A stretch of 64,000 nucleotides of DNA from Octopus sinensis (GCF_006345805.1 NC_043014.1:5270001-5334000), one strand, 5' to 3'; shown: positions 1 to 13,381, counted from the stretch's first letter. Program-made: numbers and translations. Notes: generated from the sequence alone by a model not told the origin.

Positions 1-4
1 TGTG

Positions 5-262
5 TGGAGGTGAAGTGGCCCAGGGTTTAAGGTCGCGGACTCACGGTTGTAGGATCGCGATTTCGATTCCCAGACTGGGTGTTGTGTGTGTTTAAAGCTC
101 CACGATCACTGCTGTACTCTTTCGCTATAACTTTCTCCCTTTCTTCTGTTGGCCTGCTCGCTTAGCCAACGGGGTGGCGTCATTTGAAGGCTAAATTAAT
201 GCGAAGCGCATTGTGACCAGCGATGTGTAGCAACAACTGATAGCCTGGTCGGTCACGGTGAT
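5..262 (+). mobile_element. tRNA-derived SINE (cephalopod-type)
   Basis: A-box-like GTGGCCCAG.G and B-box-like TTCGATTCC head plus conserved body; same element at the same place in every unit. Confidence 0.7.
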
Positions 263-1166
263 CACGGAGATATATATATGTATCATACGCACACAATACA
301 CGCACACACACATACACAAATACATACACACGCACCAGCACAGATGCCCACATATACCCTTAATGAACGATACTCATACAGATACGCACACACTTATACA
401 CACATGGGCACAGTCACACACGCGCATACGCGTACTTAAGCGCACACGCGCACGCAAGCACACGCGCGCACATTACTCAAAAACAACTCCAAAAACCCAC
501 ACACACGGACACACACATACACACACACACACTACAAACAAAACACACACACGATACATATACATACACACACACACACACATACATCAAACTAGCAGTA
601 CCTATTACTTGATCTGTGGTAGAGACAAAAGGAGCCACGCCAAATTCCTTCTTCCTTGACCTTAACACTACTAACCCTACAACACGCAAAGATTAACAGC
701 CACAACCACACACACACACACACACGTGTCATCATTGCACACATACACACAGACACACAGACGTACACGCAGACCTCCGCGCACGCTCTTATCCATACTT
801 ACACACACATTCCTCCTCCTCTACCACTCTACTGTCTTTGAAAGAACTGTTCTTCACCCAGTTCCTTCCGTCATTCAAAATGTGTCCGCGTGTGTACCGT
901 TGGCGATTTTTTTCCCTCTGTCTTCCCTCCTCTGGATCTTTCATTCTCATAAACCTTAAACCCTCCTTCTTTCCTTCCTCGTCCAATAATACTATATTTG
1001 TTCCACGTCCTGGCGTTGTTTTTTGTGCTTTCTTGTATGGATTAAATTTAACTATATATATAAATATGTGTATATATATATATGTATATATATATGTGTA
1101 TATATATATATGTATATATATATATGTGTGTAGAGATATGTGTGTGTATATATGTGTGTGTGTGTA

Positions 1167-1790
1167 CTAGCAGACATACCCGGCATTGCTGGGGATTAAA
1201 ATGGCAAAGTTGGTATATAATATACTCCAGTCATTTTGAAACAGGTGATATGGGAAAGTGCAACATTGACAACAAAACAGTTGTAGAGTAAATGCTGGGC
1301 TAATTCGACTAAGCAACATGCTATGCGTCCGTTTGGAGTGTTTCAGGCCCTAACCTGTCATGCAAAATTGGAGGTGGGGTTTGTGTGATTTTTGAACGCA
1401 CCGAAAAGCTGTTAGTGGATATACTCTCTTTGCAGCAGTGTGCGCTGTGTCTAACACGGCCCATCATCGGAAATTTTGACACCACACGTCAGGTTTGTTG
1501 TCCTACATCACTCATAGAGCAAATTTGGAGGAACTGTGGTTGTTCATTCGCGGTTACCAGGGAACCAATGAGGGGATAGACTTGCCCTTGAACTTTGACG
1601 TCGGCGTAAATTCATGTTTATCTATCTTCTTAGATTCACCAAACGATGTCATTTGAAATGCAGAATTATATTCTCTGATATTCTTCAGAAAATCGTTTGA
1701 CTGGATGGAAGCGCCTTCTAGGCGATTCCTAAGGGGTTGAGAAGGTATTGTTGGCAATGATTCCTGCCCGAATATGTTGTCATCTATTGC
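1167..1790 (-). mobile_element. Helitron remnant: RepHel fragment plus 3' hairpin-CTAG end
   Basis: Minus-strand translation FLKNIREYNSAFQMTSFG..FTPTSKFKG/GQVYPLIGSL..PQFLQI matches the Helitron RepHel N-terminal region; minus strand ends CCCCAGCAATGCCGGG-tatgtctg-CTAG|T. Confidence 0.75.
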
Positions 1791-1864
1791 ATTGTTTTAA
1801 GTTCTAAACGATAATAAATACCCTGAAGTTCTATTTATATGATGCTATTTCTATTTTTTCAAAG

Positions 1865-1916
1865 AACCGTTTCATCTCCAAGAAATCTCTCGACGATAAA
1901 CCTGATGACACACCAA
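1865..1916 (+). CDS. Gene 1 exon 2 (stalk, NRFISKKSLDDKPDDTP); exon 1 lies upstream of the window
   Basis: ttttttcaaAG acceptor and GTAAGA donor; 52 nt, phase 0 to 1; same coding sequence as the paralogous exons at 14101, 27985, 49874 and 61600. Confidence 0.7.
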
Positions 1917-2149
1917 GTAAGAACTAATTTTATGGCTAAAGTCTTTTACCCGTGTCTCCTTAACCAATGATTTATAATTTCACCAACTTTGAATTAGTTC
2001 CACATTACTATCCATATGTTCACAATAATATATACTAAGACACTTGCCTGAATTTATTTCAAAATATATTCTACTTTACAATAATTTCTAAATAAAATAT
2101 TACTCTAATATACTATGCCATTTATTGTGTGTATGTGAGTTTATATGCA

Positions 2150-3990
2150 GTTCTACGTCGATAATTGTGCCAAGACCTCTTCATCTGAGAATCAAATGTC
2201 CGAGCTGGCGCTTCACTGCGTTTATATCTACAATTCAGCATTCTGTCCACTCTTGAGCTTCCAATCATTCGTGAATAGAAACCCGAACTAATGATGTTCC
2301 ACTTTCCTACAAAGTCGGTATTTGTCAATCCTGCCTTGGGGTACTCGGCAGCCAACCCATTCAGTGCATGTTGTTGGTGACCATCAGACGAATCAGGTAG
2401 CAGGATGTCGTCTACAAATAACAGTCGACCGATCACGTAGAGATGAATTGGGATACCTCTACCACAATGGTTGAGCATATTCAACCAGATCACAAAAAAG
2501 AACGTGAAATGGGGCACTAACAATGCACACTTCAACTAAGTGAAACCTTCACGTTGTAAACTTTCGACTTTTACATAAATACAATCATTTGAACATCCAT
2601 ATAAGTACATTATGGCAACCAGTTTTTGCCCATTAAACTCACCTTCCATGTAAACCATCCGCAACTTGCCCCAGGGCACGTGATTCCCTGGTTTACAGCG
2701 TATAAACCTTAGAAATATTTCAATGTTTGCTGGAAGATCTGTCTTTGAACGACTCTCTGGTTGGGTGTACTGCGTCTCGGACAGTAATCTTGGGTACGAC
2801 ATTTTCCCTACTTATCGTTTCCTGACATCTAGTGTAGACTTTTCTATAATTAGTACACAATCTTTGGTCTCTGTTTGAGAAAATTGTGATTGGCACCCTA
2901 TATTACCATTGCCTTGGTGTCTTTTCCAGAGTTCCCATCCACCTAGCATACATGGGTCACTCAGAGAATAAAATCTGTATTTAAAGTTTCTAAAATATCA
3001 AGCCGGGCGTGCTTTTCACCAGCAGCTTTATCACTTTTAAGTGAGTTTTGCTCAAATAAGCGTTCAACCGAAGAAGAACCTGCCGAAAAAAATTATACAA
3101 TCACGAATCCATTTCGATGAACAAACTCTATCAAAAATATCTGTCACCAAGTATTTCTATACCAGGCACCCTTATAAATATCCCTGTCTTAAAATAATAT
3201 CTATTCCGTAGAGAGGAGAGTGTGTATCCTGCACTGAAGGCTGCTATGACCTCTCCATTAATTTCACTGACGACATTCCTTCCAATCAATCCTTCTCACG
3301 GTTATCAATGCCAAGGTGTGCACTGAAGTCTCCTGGCAGGACAAATGACTTTACCCCAAATATATCTAAAGCTGAGGTGAATTTGCTTAGGAAGGACTTG
3401 GATTTGACCTCGCTGTTTGCTGCATATACTTACAGCAGCCACAGTGGTCCTTCATATTCAGCCTTAGCTTCAAGAGGTGAAACCTCACACCTAGTCGGTT
3501 TCACTCCATAATACAATCCGAAAGCTGGGGATTGAAAGTATCCTAATCCCACCTGTGCAGACATTGTTGGCACCACAGTTGCGTAGTGGAGTTTCAAGCC
3601 TATATCCAAGTGTACGCTATCGGAAAAACGAAATTTTGTAGAGGAGACACCGATTATATCTTACAGGCAGATTATATCTAACAATTTTGACGTTTTAATT
3701 TTCAATTATTAAAGGTTGTTCCCTTCTTGATCTGCTTTGGTTTCCTGAGACCGTCAATTTTGTGCTCCCACCCCACGCACCCCAGATTAAGTTGCAGACT
3801 TCTGCTTGTTACACTGGCATTGGGAGGGGTGTGCTATACATTTATCGAACGGACTCCTCTACTCGAGATCCGGATGCGATGTCTTTTAACTAAATCGACA
3901 AATGATGCGGTATGGTTGTTATTTTCATATTGTAGTTATGATGGCCTTATTTGCGCCGAGCTCCAAACTGATATTTGTAATTGACCGATG
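2150..3990 (-). mobile_element. Degenerate RTE-clade (Rex3/Expander-like) LINE in intron 2
   Basis: Minus-strand RT motif LLFVDD.LL.DSSD.HQQHALNGLAAEY; paralogous copies show HEKAHDHVPWG and the endonuclease motif VYAANS..VLPG.FSAHLG; many stops and frameshifts. Confidence 0.7.
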
Positions 3991-4383
3991 AATATTCGCA
4001 CCTGGCGAATATTTTATCATAATTCTATTGCGTTTTATCATTATTCTATTGAGAAGTATATATACTCATACCCAAGTTTACGTATCATACATACATCCGT
4101 TCCTAGCGGAGACCGATACACATTGTGATATTCTGAGATTAATCTCTCAAATCTTTGACATCAACGTCAACAACAGGCTCAACAGACAAATGTCTTTTTT
4201 CTTTCTTTACAATTTATTCTTATTATTTACATCTTTCGTTCTGACTTTCATTCATTCACTCGTTCTTTCTTAAATTCTATAATTTTCTCTTCTCCATCAA
4301 TTCCTCCCCATCCAGCAATCTACTTAGTAAATGATCCCCCAATTCTTTCTTTTAAACTACATTATTTCATTTTAATTTCGCAG

Positions 4384-4444
4384 AACCCGGTCTCGGATCG
4401 GGGCAGAACAACATGTCCTCCTTATTCAAAACTTGTATATGACG
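4384..4444 (+). pseudogene. Gene 1 exon 3 with a 14-nt deletion (frameshift, premature TGA)
   Basis: 61 nt versus 75 nt in paralogues; ATTGTATACCCGGT (part of the SLYTRW codons) is missing; reads KPGLGSGQNNMSSLFKTCI*. Confidence 0.75.
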
Positions 4445-5969
4445 GTTAGTATACTTTATATTTCTGACCCCTCATTCTCTTTTTGTCCTTCTCTTTTTCT
4501 CTTTTTATACCTCTCATTCTCTCTTTTTGTTACCTCTCTTTCTCTCTCACCCTCTCTCTCACGCACACGCACACACACTCACATTTTGTGGGGTTGTTTG
4601 ACATAAACATTCTCAAATCCTCTTATGGTATGTCACGTTTCAAACGTCTATATCTGTAGACTAAACAGACACTACACAAGACTGCTTACTCCTTTGTAGG
4701 TATTTGGTCAAATCAGAATATTATATGTTGTCTACTACGGAACAAGTGAAAAGGATGTTGTCTAACGACAGAATATAGATATCTCTACTTTAACTTACGG
4801 GCATGGGCTGGACTGAAAACCACCATGGCGATCAAGAATTTCAGGCTGACCAGCTTTGGATTGTAGATATCAAATGCCGAGGCTGCTAATTGGTGATCAA
4901 TTGTACTGGCTACGGATGGTGGTATTGTACGTGAGTGACATGAGCTGAATAGTGGCCACTTGACTATCATTAAGTAGAGTGCCCAATGATCGTAGGTGTG
5001 GACTAAATTGAATAGAGTCTCTTAGAATTGATGACAGTGACTGTAAACGATTAATGATATGAAAGCACAATGTAGAATGAGGACTGGACAAGCCACACAC
5101 TGTAACTGATGGAAAAAGTTAAGGACTTTATTCATTAAGTAAAATAGAGAGAGACTAAATATTAGTGAGAGAACACAACAGAGTACAGAATGCACTTCTA
5201 TTCTTCTCCGGCTGACCGAAATCGTCCTATCGCTAAAACCTTGCTCTTTTCATGCACCACATCACCTCATTAATTATCCAGTATATCTTTGTATGGTAAT
5301 TCCGTGACTTCCAATTCAAAACGGCTGCTTCCAACGGCTTCCACAATCAACCTCGCAATCCCCAAAAATGCTCTGAATTTGCTCCCTATAAACCCTACAC
5401 GTATCCTTTATCGGTCGCCTACTCCGTCGTCCATTCATCTTAAGCACTACGCCATTACTGAACCTCCCAATTTTTCGTCCCACCTCGTTTCTGTGTATTG
5501 CATGACAAAAAGTCTGTGTGATCATAACGTCTTTGTAAGCCTGATTCGTCCGAGTCTAAACGAGAGGTTTAGCCACTGACTCTCGTATGATCGACTAAAC
5601 AACATTTCATCGACGGTTACCCACAACTTCTCTCAATCTCGTCGTCTCCCGTATTGTCCTATTCTAGCCACCAACAATTTCCACCACCCAAAATATCCCC
5701 GTTCACACGAAAACATCTTTTCCATTTCCGATAAACACGAGTGCATGCGTTATAAAATATCTTTCTTTTCCTCCATCTATTCACATCAACCGAAAAACAC
5801 CTACCCCATGTAAACATACATAATAATCCACGTCGTAACTACAAATACTTACCCGTATACACAAAACATATATATATATAAATGGAGTTGCATGAAACAA
5901 TCGTGCCGCATTATCTCTGGATATCCTCGTTGCTTATTACGATATATATACATACATATACATACATAC

Positions 5970-6069
<100 letters not shown>

Positions 6070-6253
6070 GAGAAGGTAAATGTACAGTTACGATTCAGCA
6101 ACACACAGCTTACACTCACATATACACCACAATTCGTTCACACGTGAATAAACATGACTTCTTTTAAGTGAAAAATTGTAATGAATGTTTCCGTTATTTC
6201 GTATATAATTTTGCTTAATAATTTTTTATTTGATTTATTCTTACTAATTCAAG

Positions 6254-6753
6254 GTGTAGCTGGTGGACAATGGTACGAGCAGACAGGTGGCGGAAGTAAT
6301 CTCTTATGTCTACCCAACGATCCCATTTGGGCCAATTATACGACAGAAGTTGAAAAATGTGGTTACATTTATGGCAGTGAATATCAATTAGATTTATACC
6401 CAACAAATAAACTCTTTTCTTTTGCTAACGCTAAATCACTTCATGATCACAACGTTCCGTGCGCTGTCTGTTTGACACGACGACCTGCTGTTGTTATGAT
6501 GTTACCAGCCAGGACACAGTGTTACGCTGGTTGGACAGCTGAGTATTCGGGATATTTGATGACCGAGTATTATAAGCATAAGGGCAGACATGAGTATGTG
6601 TGTGTGGACTACGCACCAGAAGCTGATCCAGCAGGTTACAGAAACGAAAATGGAGCGCTATTATATTTCGTTCAGGCTGCTTGTGGTTCATTGCCATGTC
6701 CACCGTATGTCAATGGTCGAGAATTAACCTGCGTTGTGTGCAGTAAATATTGA
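6254..6753 (+). CDS. Gene 1 exon 4: short-chain collagen C4 / spongin NC1-like domain (ORF intact)
   Basis: AG acceptor at 6252-6253; motifs GGGSNLLCLP, YGSEY, HNVPCAVC, GWTAEYSGYLM, EYVCVD and CGSLPCPPY..ELTCVVCSK are typical of invertebrate 'short-chain collagen C4-like' proteins. Confidence 0.85.
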
Positions 6754-8410
6754 ATAGAAATTTACATTCGTTTCTATATGAAAATTTATGTCGGCGAATC
6801 ATAAAATATAATATAATATACGTTTCTTGTAATTGTGTTTCGCAATATTTTATCCGACTAATATATGTCATTAAATAAATTGCTGCTACAAGTTTTCAGA
6901 AAATATTCAAAACGAAACAACAGAGAAGTCATAGAATGTGACAAATAGCTTAACAGAACGATGTAATCCTCGGGGAATGATTCTAGAATACATTGTATGA
7001 GGTTCAGTTTATCAAATTTAAAAGTTGAAATAAAATGATGATTCGTTTAAATGTGTGTTGTATTCCGTCTTAAAATGAAAACAATCCCCAAAGGAAGCAC
7101 CTCCGTACAAATATATCACCCTTTCATGATCAATCTTCAGAAAACACGATGAAAGCTTATAACTAACATCACTAAATCATGATGGTTTAATAAACAAATA
7201 CTCCCAAACGTATCATTGTAACTACAATCGATGCGATGAAATCTCTGCAATCCAATTGCGGATATTACCAAATAAAGGATATTTGATATCCACTGAAGAA
7301 ATACCACAAAATGTTGACTACCTAACTACTTGTCAGGTTATTAAAACATTGAAGTTTTCACGAAACACTTTCGACAAGGGTACAAGTACACGTCCCACGA
7401 TGAACTATTTTCAACCTACATTCACATATTTCCGCTTTTCTACAAAAATCACACACAAAAATCCACGCGTCACATTACACACGCAGCCTCTCATCGTTCC
7501 CTGAAAACTGATGTGCCAAAATAAAATATGAAACCACCAAGAAATATGAGTACACCTCAGGAACAGCATCAACCGAATCTACAGCAACACCACAAAACAT
7601 CAAGTTCAACAAATTATCTCCGTCTGTTACATAAAACTATCAAACTCGCAGAAGAGGAACTTGCTTCGAGATACATGCATACAATAACTGTAACACACAT
7701 AAACGACTTAGTAAGGAAAGGAAGACGTCTTATAAAATATACATTAGGTGGAATCAGTGCAACATGTTGAGTCTTTCACACTCTACCCAGCATGATTGCT
7801 CCTTGTATGTGGGAGTTTGTAGAATGGCTGCCAGATAAACGAAGGTATCCGTGGAAAGAGGGATCTGTGGGTGGCAGCACGTTTTTTGTCCGATTAATTG
7901 CGTGCCATAAGAATGCTCGATTGTGAAAAAGCTAGAGAAAAAGAATAATAATTAAGTAATATGAAAGCACGAAATGCAAATTGACAAATGAATATATGGA
8001 AACATTCAACATGGCGTTTCCAGTGAACAGTATTAGCGCTCAGTATTAGGCATAAGCAATTTTTAGGTTCGTTAAAATGTGATAATGGCATATTTCAAAC
8101 TCTAAACGCAAATTCAATGCAGGATGGTGCAAAAACAGCATATCAGTCGAGTGCTGCTCCCTATCGAGTTCCAGTTCAGTCGTTACCAAAAGAAAGTACC
8201 GAAGAGGGGAATATCTGGACAAACTTAAAGCCATAGCTTTAACTTAAACATAGTCAACAACAACGAGTAAGTGACGCCATTAGAGCGCCAGGCTGGAGTC
8301 TGTCGTGAGTTACCTCCCTTCGGTATTTCTCTTTGATAAATACTTCGCTAGAGGAGTTGACTTCAACCTTGTGCCCCAACAGAAACTGCGGTCGCTCGTA
8401 CGTACCCGCA
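6754..8410 (+). repeat. Type A 3'/intergenic spacer (duplicated at ~54264-55915)
   Basis: Near-identical sequence after genes 1 and 4. Confidence 0.85.
7029..7034 (+). terminator. Candidate polyadenylation signal of gene 1
   Basis: AATAAA followed by a GT/T-rich tract; equivalent hexamer at 20114-20119 and near 54548; an upstream alternative at 6874. Confidence 0.35.
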
Positions 8411-8419
8411 TTTTCCCGA

Positions 8420-8878
8420 ATGTGTGTGTGTGTGTGTCAGTATGTGTGTGTGTGTGTCAGTATGTGTGTGTGTGTGTCAGTATGTGTGTGTGTGTGTGTT
8501 TGTATCATTGTGTGTGTGTATGTGTCAGTGTGTGTGTGTGTGTCAGTGTCTGTGTGTGTGTGTCAGTGTGCGTTTGTCAGTGTGTGTGTGCGTGTTTCTG
8601 TGTGTGTGTCAGTGAGTGTTTGTGTGTCAGTGTGTGTGTGTTTGTGTGTGTGTGTCAGTGTGTGTGTGTGTGTGTGTGTGTGTGTCAGTTTTGTGTGTGT
8701 GTATGTGTGTGTGCGTGTCAGTGTGTGTGTGTGTGTATATGTGTTTGTGTGTGTCAGTGTGTGTGTGTATATGTGTTTGTGTGTGTCAGTGTGTGTGTGT
8801 GTATGTATGTCAGTGTGTACGTGTGTATGAGTGTCAGTGTGTGTGTGTGTGTGTGTTCGAGTCAGGGTGTGTATGTGT

Positions 8879-8910
<32 letters not shown>

Positions 8911-8990
8911 TAGTGTTTGTGTTTGTGTCAGTGTGTGTGTTTGTCAGTGTGTGTGTGTGTTTGTGTGTGTGTGTGTCTTTGTGTCTGTGT
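8420..8990. repeat. Compound (TG)n-TCAG micro/minisatellite upstream of the gene 2 promoter
   Basis: TGTGTGTGTCAG-type units; homologues at ~22990-23415, ~44398-44910 and ~55920-56795. Confidence 0.9.
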
Positions 8991-8994
8991 ATTC

Positions 8995-9409
8995 ATTGGT
9001 TGAACGAAATATTTCCCACACTGAATATTAAAACAGTTTCCCAAGAATAAACAAATAAAATTAAATAACAACATTAGTAAATAAATATATCATAATATAT
9101 CCAGAAACAGGAATCATTTCACTTTACACGTGTCTCTCATTCATCAAAATATTTTGCTAATTATTGTGTGACAATATCAAACCATCTCTTTCCAATAATT
9201 AAACCTGTCAGACAAGTTCACGCCCACTTTTACAGTTCCACCAATCGCATTGGTTCATAAATTTACGATAAGATCTATGCCAGAGCTGGGTTGTTGTGCG
9301 CTCAATAAATACGTGGAATTCAGTTACAGGTCTTCAGCTTAAACCTCGCATCTCGATCTTTTGTTGAAGCCACACGAAGTATCACGTACGACCGACAACT
9401 GTCACCAGA
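8995..9409 (+). promoter_or_regulatory. Conserved proximal promoter/5'UTR block of gene 2 (repeated upstream of 23835, 45326 and 57213)
   Basis: Near-identical ~410 nt upstream of each ATG; CCAAT at 9241, GATAAG near 9267, Inr-like TCAGTT at 9320-9325; function inferred from position only. Confidence 0.45.
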
Positions 9410-9553
9410 ATGGATTCCGCACAACTGTCCAGGAATATTTCGCAGCGTTATTCCATTTCTTCTCTCATAGCTTTTGGGGTTCTTCTCGTTCTGACGATCG
9501 TGATTCTTCATCAAGATTCAAGAATAGGAAAAATGGAAGAGAAATCGAAAACG
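9410..9553 (+). CDS. Gene 2 exon 1: short N-terminal tail plus signal-anchor/TM helix
   Basis: ATG...[48 protein letters not shown], then a perfect G|GTAAGT donor (phase 0); conserved in 4 copies. Confidence 0.8.
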
Positions 9554-9894
9554 GTAAGTCATGGATTTTTTGTTAATACATTTATGTCTTTATGTATTTA
9601 TATATGCATGTATGTATGTATGCATCTACGTATGTATGTATTAATATATTTAGTTATCTACTTACGGATGTATGGATGGATGGACGGATGTATGCATGAA
9701 CCATGTACATATGTTCCTATAGAGCACACACACACACATACGGTCCATCACACACGTAATCACAGAAAAACACACAGGCGCACACACCTAAACATACATA
9801 TATGTATATACATATATATACATATACATATATTTGTATATATAATATACATATATGTATATATAAATATACATATATATGAATATATTAGTGC

Positions 9895-9945
<51 letters not shown>

Positions 9946-10131
9946 AACATATATATGCGTGATTATATATATCTCTTTCTCTCTCTATATATATATTTTG
10001 GTTTCACTAGCAGTCATTTTATAAAGTAGAAAAAATAGCTAAGATTTTTGGCTGCTATTTCTAAACTTCGGTATGTGGTAAAGCAAATCTTTAATGAACA
10101 CACTTTATTATGTATGTATATATATATATAT

Positions 10132-10163
<32 letters not shown>

Positions 10164-10220
10164 GGTACACCGCTGGTACACCGGCGATTATAATTAATTT
10201 TATTGTATCGCATTTATCTT

Positions 10221-10337
<117 letters not shown>

Positions 10338-10419
10338 CACACACAAACATGTATATGCGTGTGTAAATGTTACTATCTGTGTATCTCTCTCTCTGTCTCT
10401 CTCTATACATATATATATG

Positions 10420-10466
<47 letters not shown>

Positions 10467-10469
<3 letters not shown>

Positions 10470-10607
10470 GCACCCTTCTTTCAGTCTCAATCTACCAAAT
10501 CTACTGACATGGCTCTGGTCAGCTCGACGTTATAGTGGTAGGCATTCGTCCAATTTTCTACCCAGTTGGACTGAACAGAATACCTTATGGTTAACAAGCA
10601 AGTGCTT
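10467..10607 (-). mobile_element. SINE fragment (third family), antisense; a shorter piece occurs at ~59158-59210
   Basis: CTTTCAGTC..TCTACCAAATCTACT..CATGGCT..GGTC..GGACTGAAC pattern resembles octopus CORE-like SINEs. Confidence 0.4.
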
Positions 10608-10784
10608 ATAATAAGTGCTCTTTGCAACAAGTTGCTTAAACCACGTACCGAAAATATTAGAAATAGCAGTCAAAGGGCTACCATTTCTACCATTGTTGTA
10701 ATAGAAATGGTAGGCCTTTGACTGCTATTTCTAACATTTTCGGTATGTGGTTTAAGCACCTTATTGCCAAAAACCCTTATTATA
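10607..10784. repeat. Long hairpin / palindromic element (~80-nt arms, ~12-nt loop)
   Basis: GCTTAAACCACGTACCGAAAATATTAGAAATAGCAGTCAAAGGGCTACCATTTCTA pairs with the downstream arm with 3 mismatches. Confidence 0.75.
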
Positions 10785-10805
10785 ATTATATATATATACA
10801 TACGT

Positions 10806-10846
<41 letters not shown>

Positions 10847-10914
10847 CAATCGGTCTGGGAATCGAAGCGCGATCCTACGACCACTGGGCCATTGTACCTC
10901 CGCACAAGCACACA

Positions 10915-10963
<49 letters not shown>

Positions 10964-11062
10964 ATATATATATATATACATATCATATATACATACACAC
11001 ATATATAGTTACGTATGTATATACATATCTATCTATCTATCAATCTATCTATCTATCTATCA

Positions 11063-11128
<66 letters not shown>

Positions 11129-11862
11129 GTATGTATATATATGTATATATATGTATGTATATATACAAATACACACATCACGAGGAAACACAAAGAAGAG
11201 TGGAATTGTACTCCTGTCCGATCGCTCTTTCACCAGACATAATCCTGGAGAGGGAAATAAGTGCGTAATGAAAAAAATCTAATGGTGGGGTTCTAGCATG
11301 GCCATGCCCTGTCGCTGCAACTTTTAGCCCTATTAATATTAGTGTTAAGTATTATATCTAGATGTACACTTGCACACACGCACAGAAACAGACACATACA
11401 AACACACACACACGCACACATAGGAATACGTACATATTTACACACATTTATCTATTTCTCTCCATCAGGAACGGAAGTGAGGCGAGTTATTTTTAATCTT
11501 TTCTTTCCAACTGAAAATAAAACGTGCGAGTGCCAATGTAGATCGGTGAATTTCGTAATGTTTGACTGTAATTCACGTTGGTTTTTATATATGACAATAA
11601 GAAAGAACGAATGTAAATACATACACACAGACACACGGACAAACACATGCACAAATAAACACAAACACACACACATACGCACACACACAGACACACGTCC
11701 TCAATTGTACACGAACAATCACATTATACAGTGTATGTCCACTCACATATATGTGTGCGTTTGTGTGTGTGTATGCGTATAAGTAGATATGTGTATTTGT
11801 GATATTTATGGTGTGTATGCCTAAGTATACGTGTATACCTATATATTGATATGTATTTATCT

Positions 11863-11896
<34 letters not shown>

Positions 11897-11903
11897 GTCT
11901 GTG

Positions 11904-12175
11904 TGGAGGCGCAGTGGCCCAGTGGTTAGGGCAGCGGACTCACGGTTCCGATACCCAGACTGGGCGTTGTGTGTGTATAAAGCTCCACTAGGCTCAGGGA
12001 GCGGGTTGTTGTGATCACTGCTGTAATCTTTCGGTATAACTTTCTCCCTTTCTTCTGTTGGCCTGCTCGCTTAGCCAACGGGATGGCGTCATTTGAAGGC
12101 TAAATCAATGCGAAGCGCATTGTGACCAGCGACATGTATCAACAACTGATAGCCTGGTCTTCGACGGTCATCACA
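11904..12175 (+). mobile_element. tRNA-derived SINE (unit 2 copy)
   Basis: GGAGGCGCAGTGGCCCAGTGGTTAGGGCAGCGGACTC head; body as at 5-262. Confidence 0.7.
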
Positions 12176-12716
12176 GAGATATACGTATCCTCCGCATACA
12201 ATACACGCACACACCCACATTCTTCAAACTAGCAGTACTTACTACTTAACAGGTTGTAGAGACAAAAGTAGCCACGCCCAATTCCTTCTTCTTAACACTA
12301 CTAACCCTACAACACGCAAAGATTAACAGCCACAACCACACACACACACACGTTTCAGCATTGCACACATACACACAGACACACACACGCACACGCAGAC
12401 CTCCGCGCACGCTCTTATCCACACTTACACACACATTCCTCCTCCTCTACCACTCTCCTGTCTTTGAAAGAAATTTTCTTCACCCATTTCCTTCCGGTCA
12501 TTCAAAATGTGACGGCGCGTGTACCGTTGGCGATTTCTTTTACTCTGTCTTCCCTCCTCTGGATCTTTCCTTCTCGTATGTTTCCGACGAAGAACTCCAC
12601 CCGAAACGTTAAACCCTCATTCTTTCCTTCTTTCCTGAGCGTACAATAATACTATATTTGTTCCACGTCCTCGCGTTGTTGCTTTTTTGGGCTTTCTTGT
12701 TTGGATTAAATTTAAC

Positions 12717-12769
<53 letters not shown>

Positions 12770-12774
<5 letters not shown>

Positions 12775-13205
12775 CAATATAAGGAATGGTCATAATAGGA
12801 CATTCGACTTACTAGAAAGAGCAGCCGAACTCAAACCGCTAAATACCCTTATATTTATTAATTAATGATTTTTTGGCTAATTTTGAAATTAAATCAGCAG
12901 TTTATATTTGCTGCTGAGAATTTTGAAAATTTAGACCATATGGACTGGAGGCTTCTTTACCATCGCCTCGTGGACTTATACTCATCATAGGCTTCTCTGC
13001 TGACGAGGCACGCCAGATGTAAATATATTTAATTTAATTAAATTGTTTACAAGTTTTGCAGAAACTATGCATAGTCCAGAGATGAAAGGGGTAAACGTTT
13101 TAATTCTCTTTCTATTTCAGAATTACAACTAATTTGCGGTTTAAGTTTGGCTGCTCTTTCTAGTCAGTCGAATATCCTATTATGGCCATTCCTTATATTG
13201 TTGAA
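12770..13205. mobile_element. MITE/foldback with ~70-nt TIRs inserted in (TA)n
   Basis: TTCAACAATATAAGGAATGG.CATAATAGGA.ATTCGAC..ACTAGAAAGAGCAGCC at both ends in inverted orientation; absent from units 1, 4 and 5. Confidence 0.7.
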
Positions 13206-13320
13206 TGTATAGTATATAGTCTTTGACTATCTTTCCTTTCTCACTAAACCGCTGGTAGCAGAGAATTTTTTCTAGAATTTTTTGCTACCCTTATATTTAT
13301 TAATATATATAAATGTAGAA

Positions 13321-13381
<61 letters not shown>

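Noticed and set aside
6181-6253. Apparent hydrophobic signal peptide at the start of ORF 6181-6753 (and 19261)
   Set aside because: It is the polypyrimidine tract and acceptor of intron 3; the frame and start are not conserved in genes 3 and 4
8305-9050. Long Cys/Val-, His/Thr- and Tyr/Ile-rich ORFs (also 43182-44392, 56059-56854, 59736-60290 and many others)
   Set aside because: Translations of (TG)n, (CA)n, (TA)n and (TATG)n microsatellites; open in several frames with no coding signal
9440-9465. ITIM or YxxPhi motif in the cytoplasmic tail (QRYSIS)
   Set aside because: Does not match (S/I/V/L)xYxx(I/V/L), and the Tyr abuts the membrane helix
9361-9576. Alternative frame over exon 1 (LKPHEV...EIENG) and the antisense ORF 9320-9514
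   Set aside because: The alternative frame starts at TTG with an upstream in-frame stop in three copies; conservation of both ORFs is explained by recent duplication of the real exon
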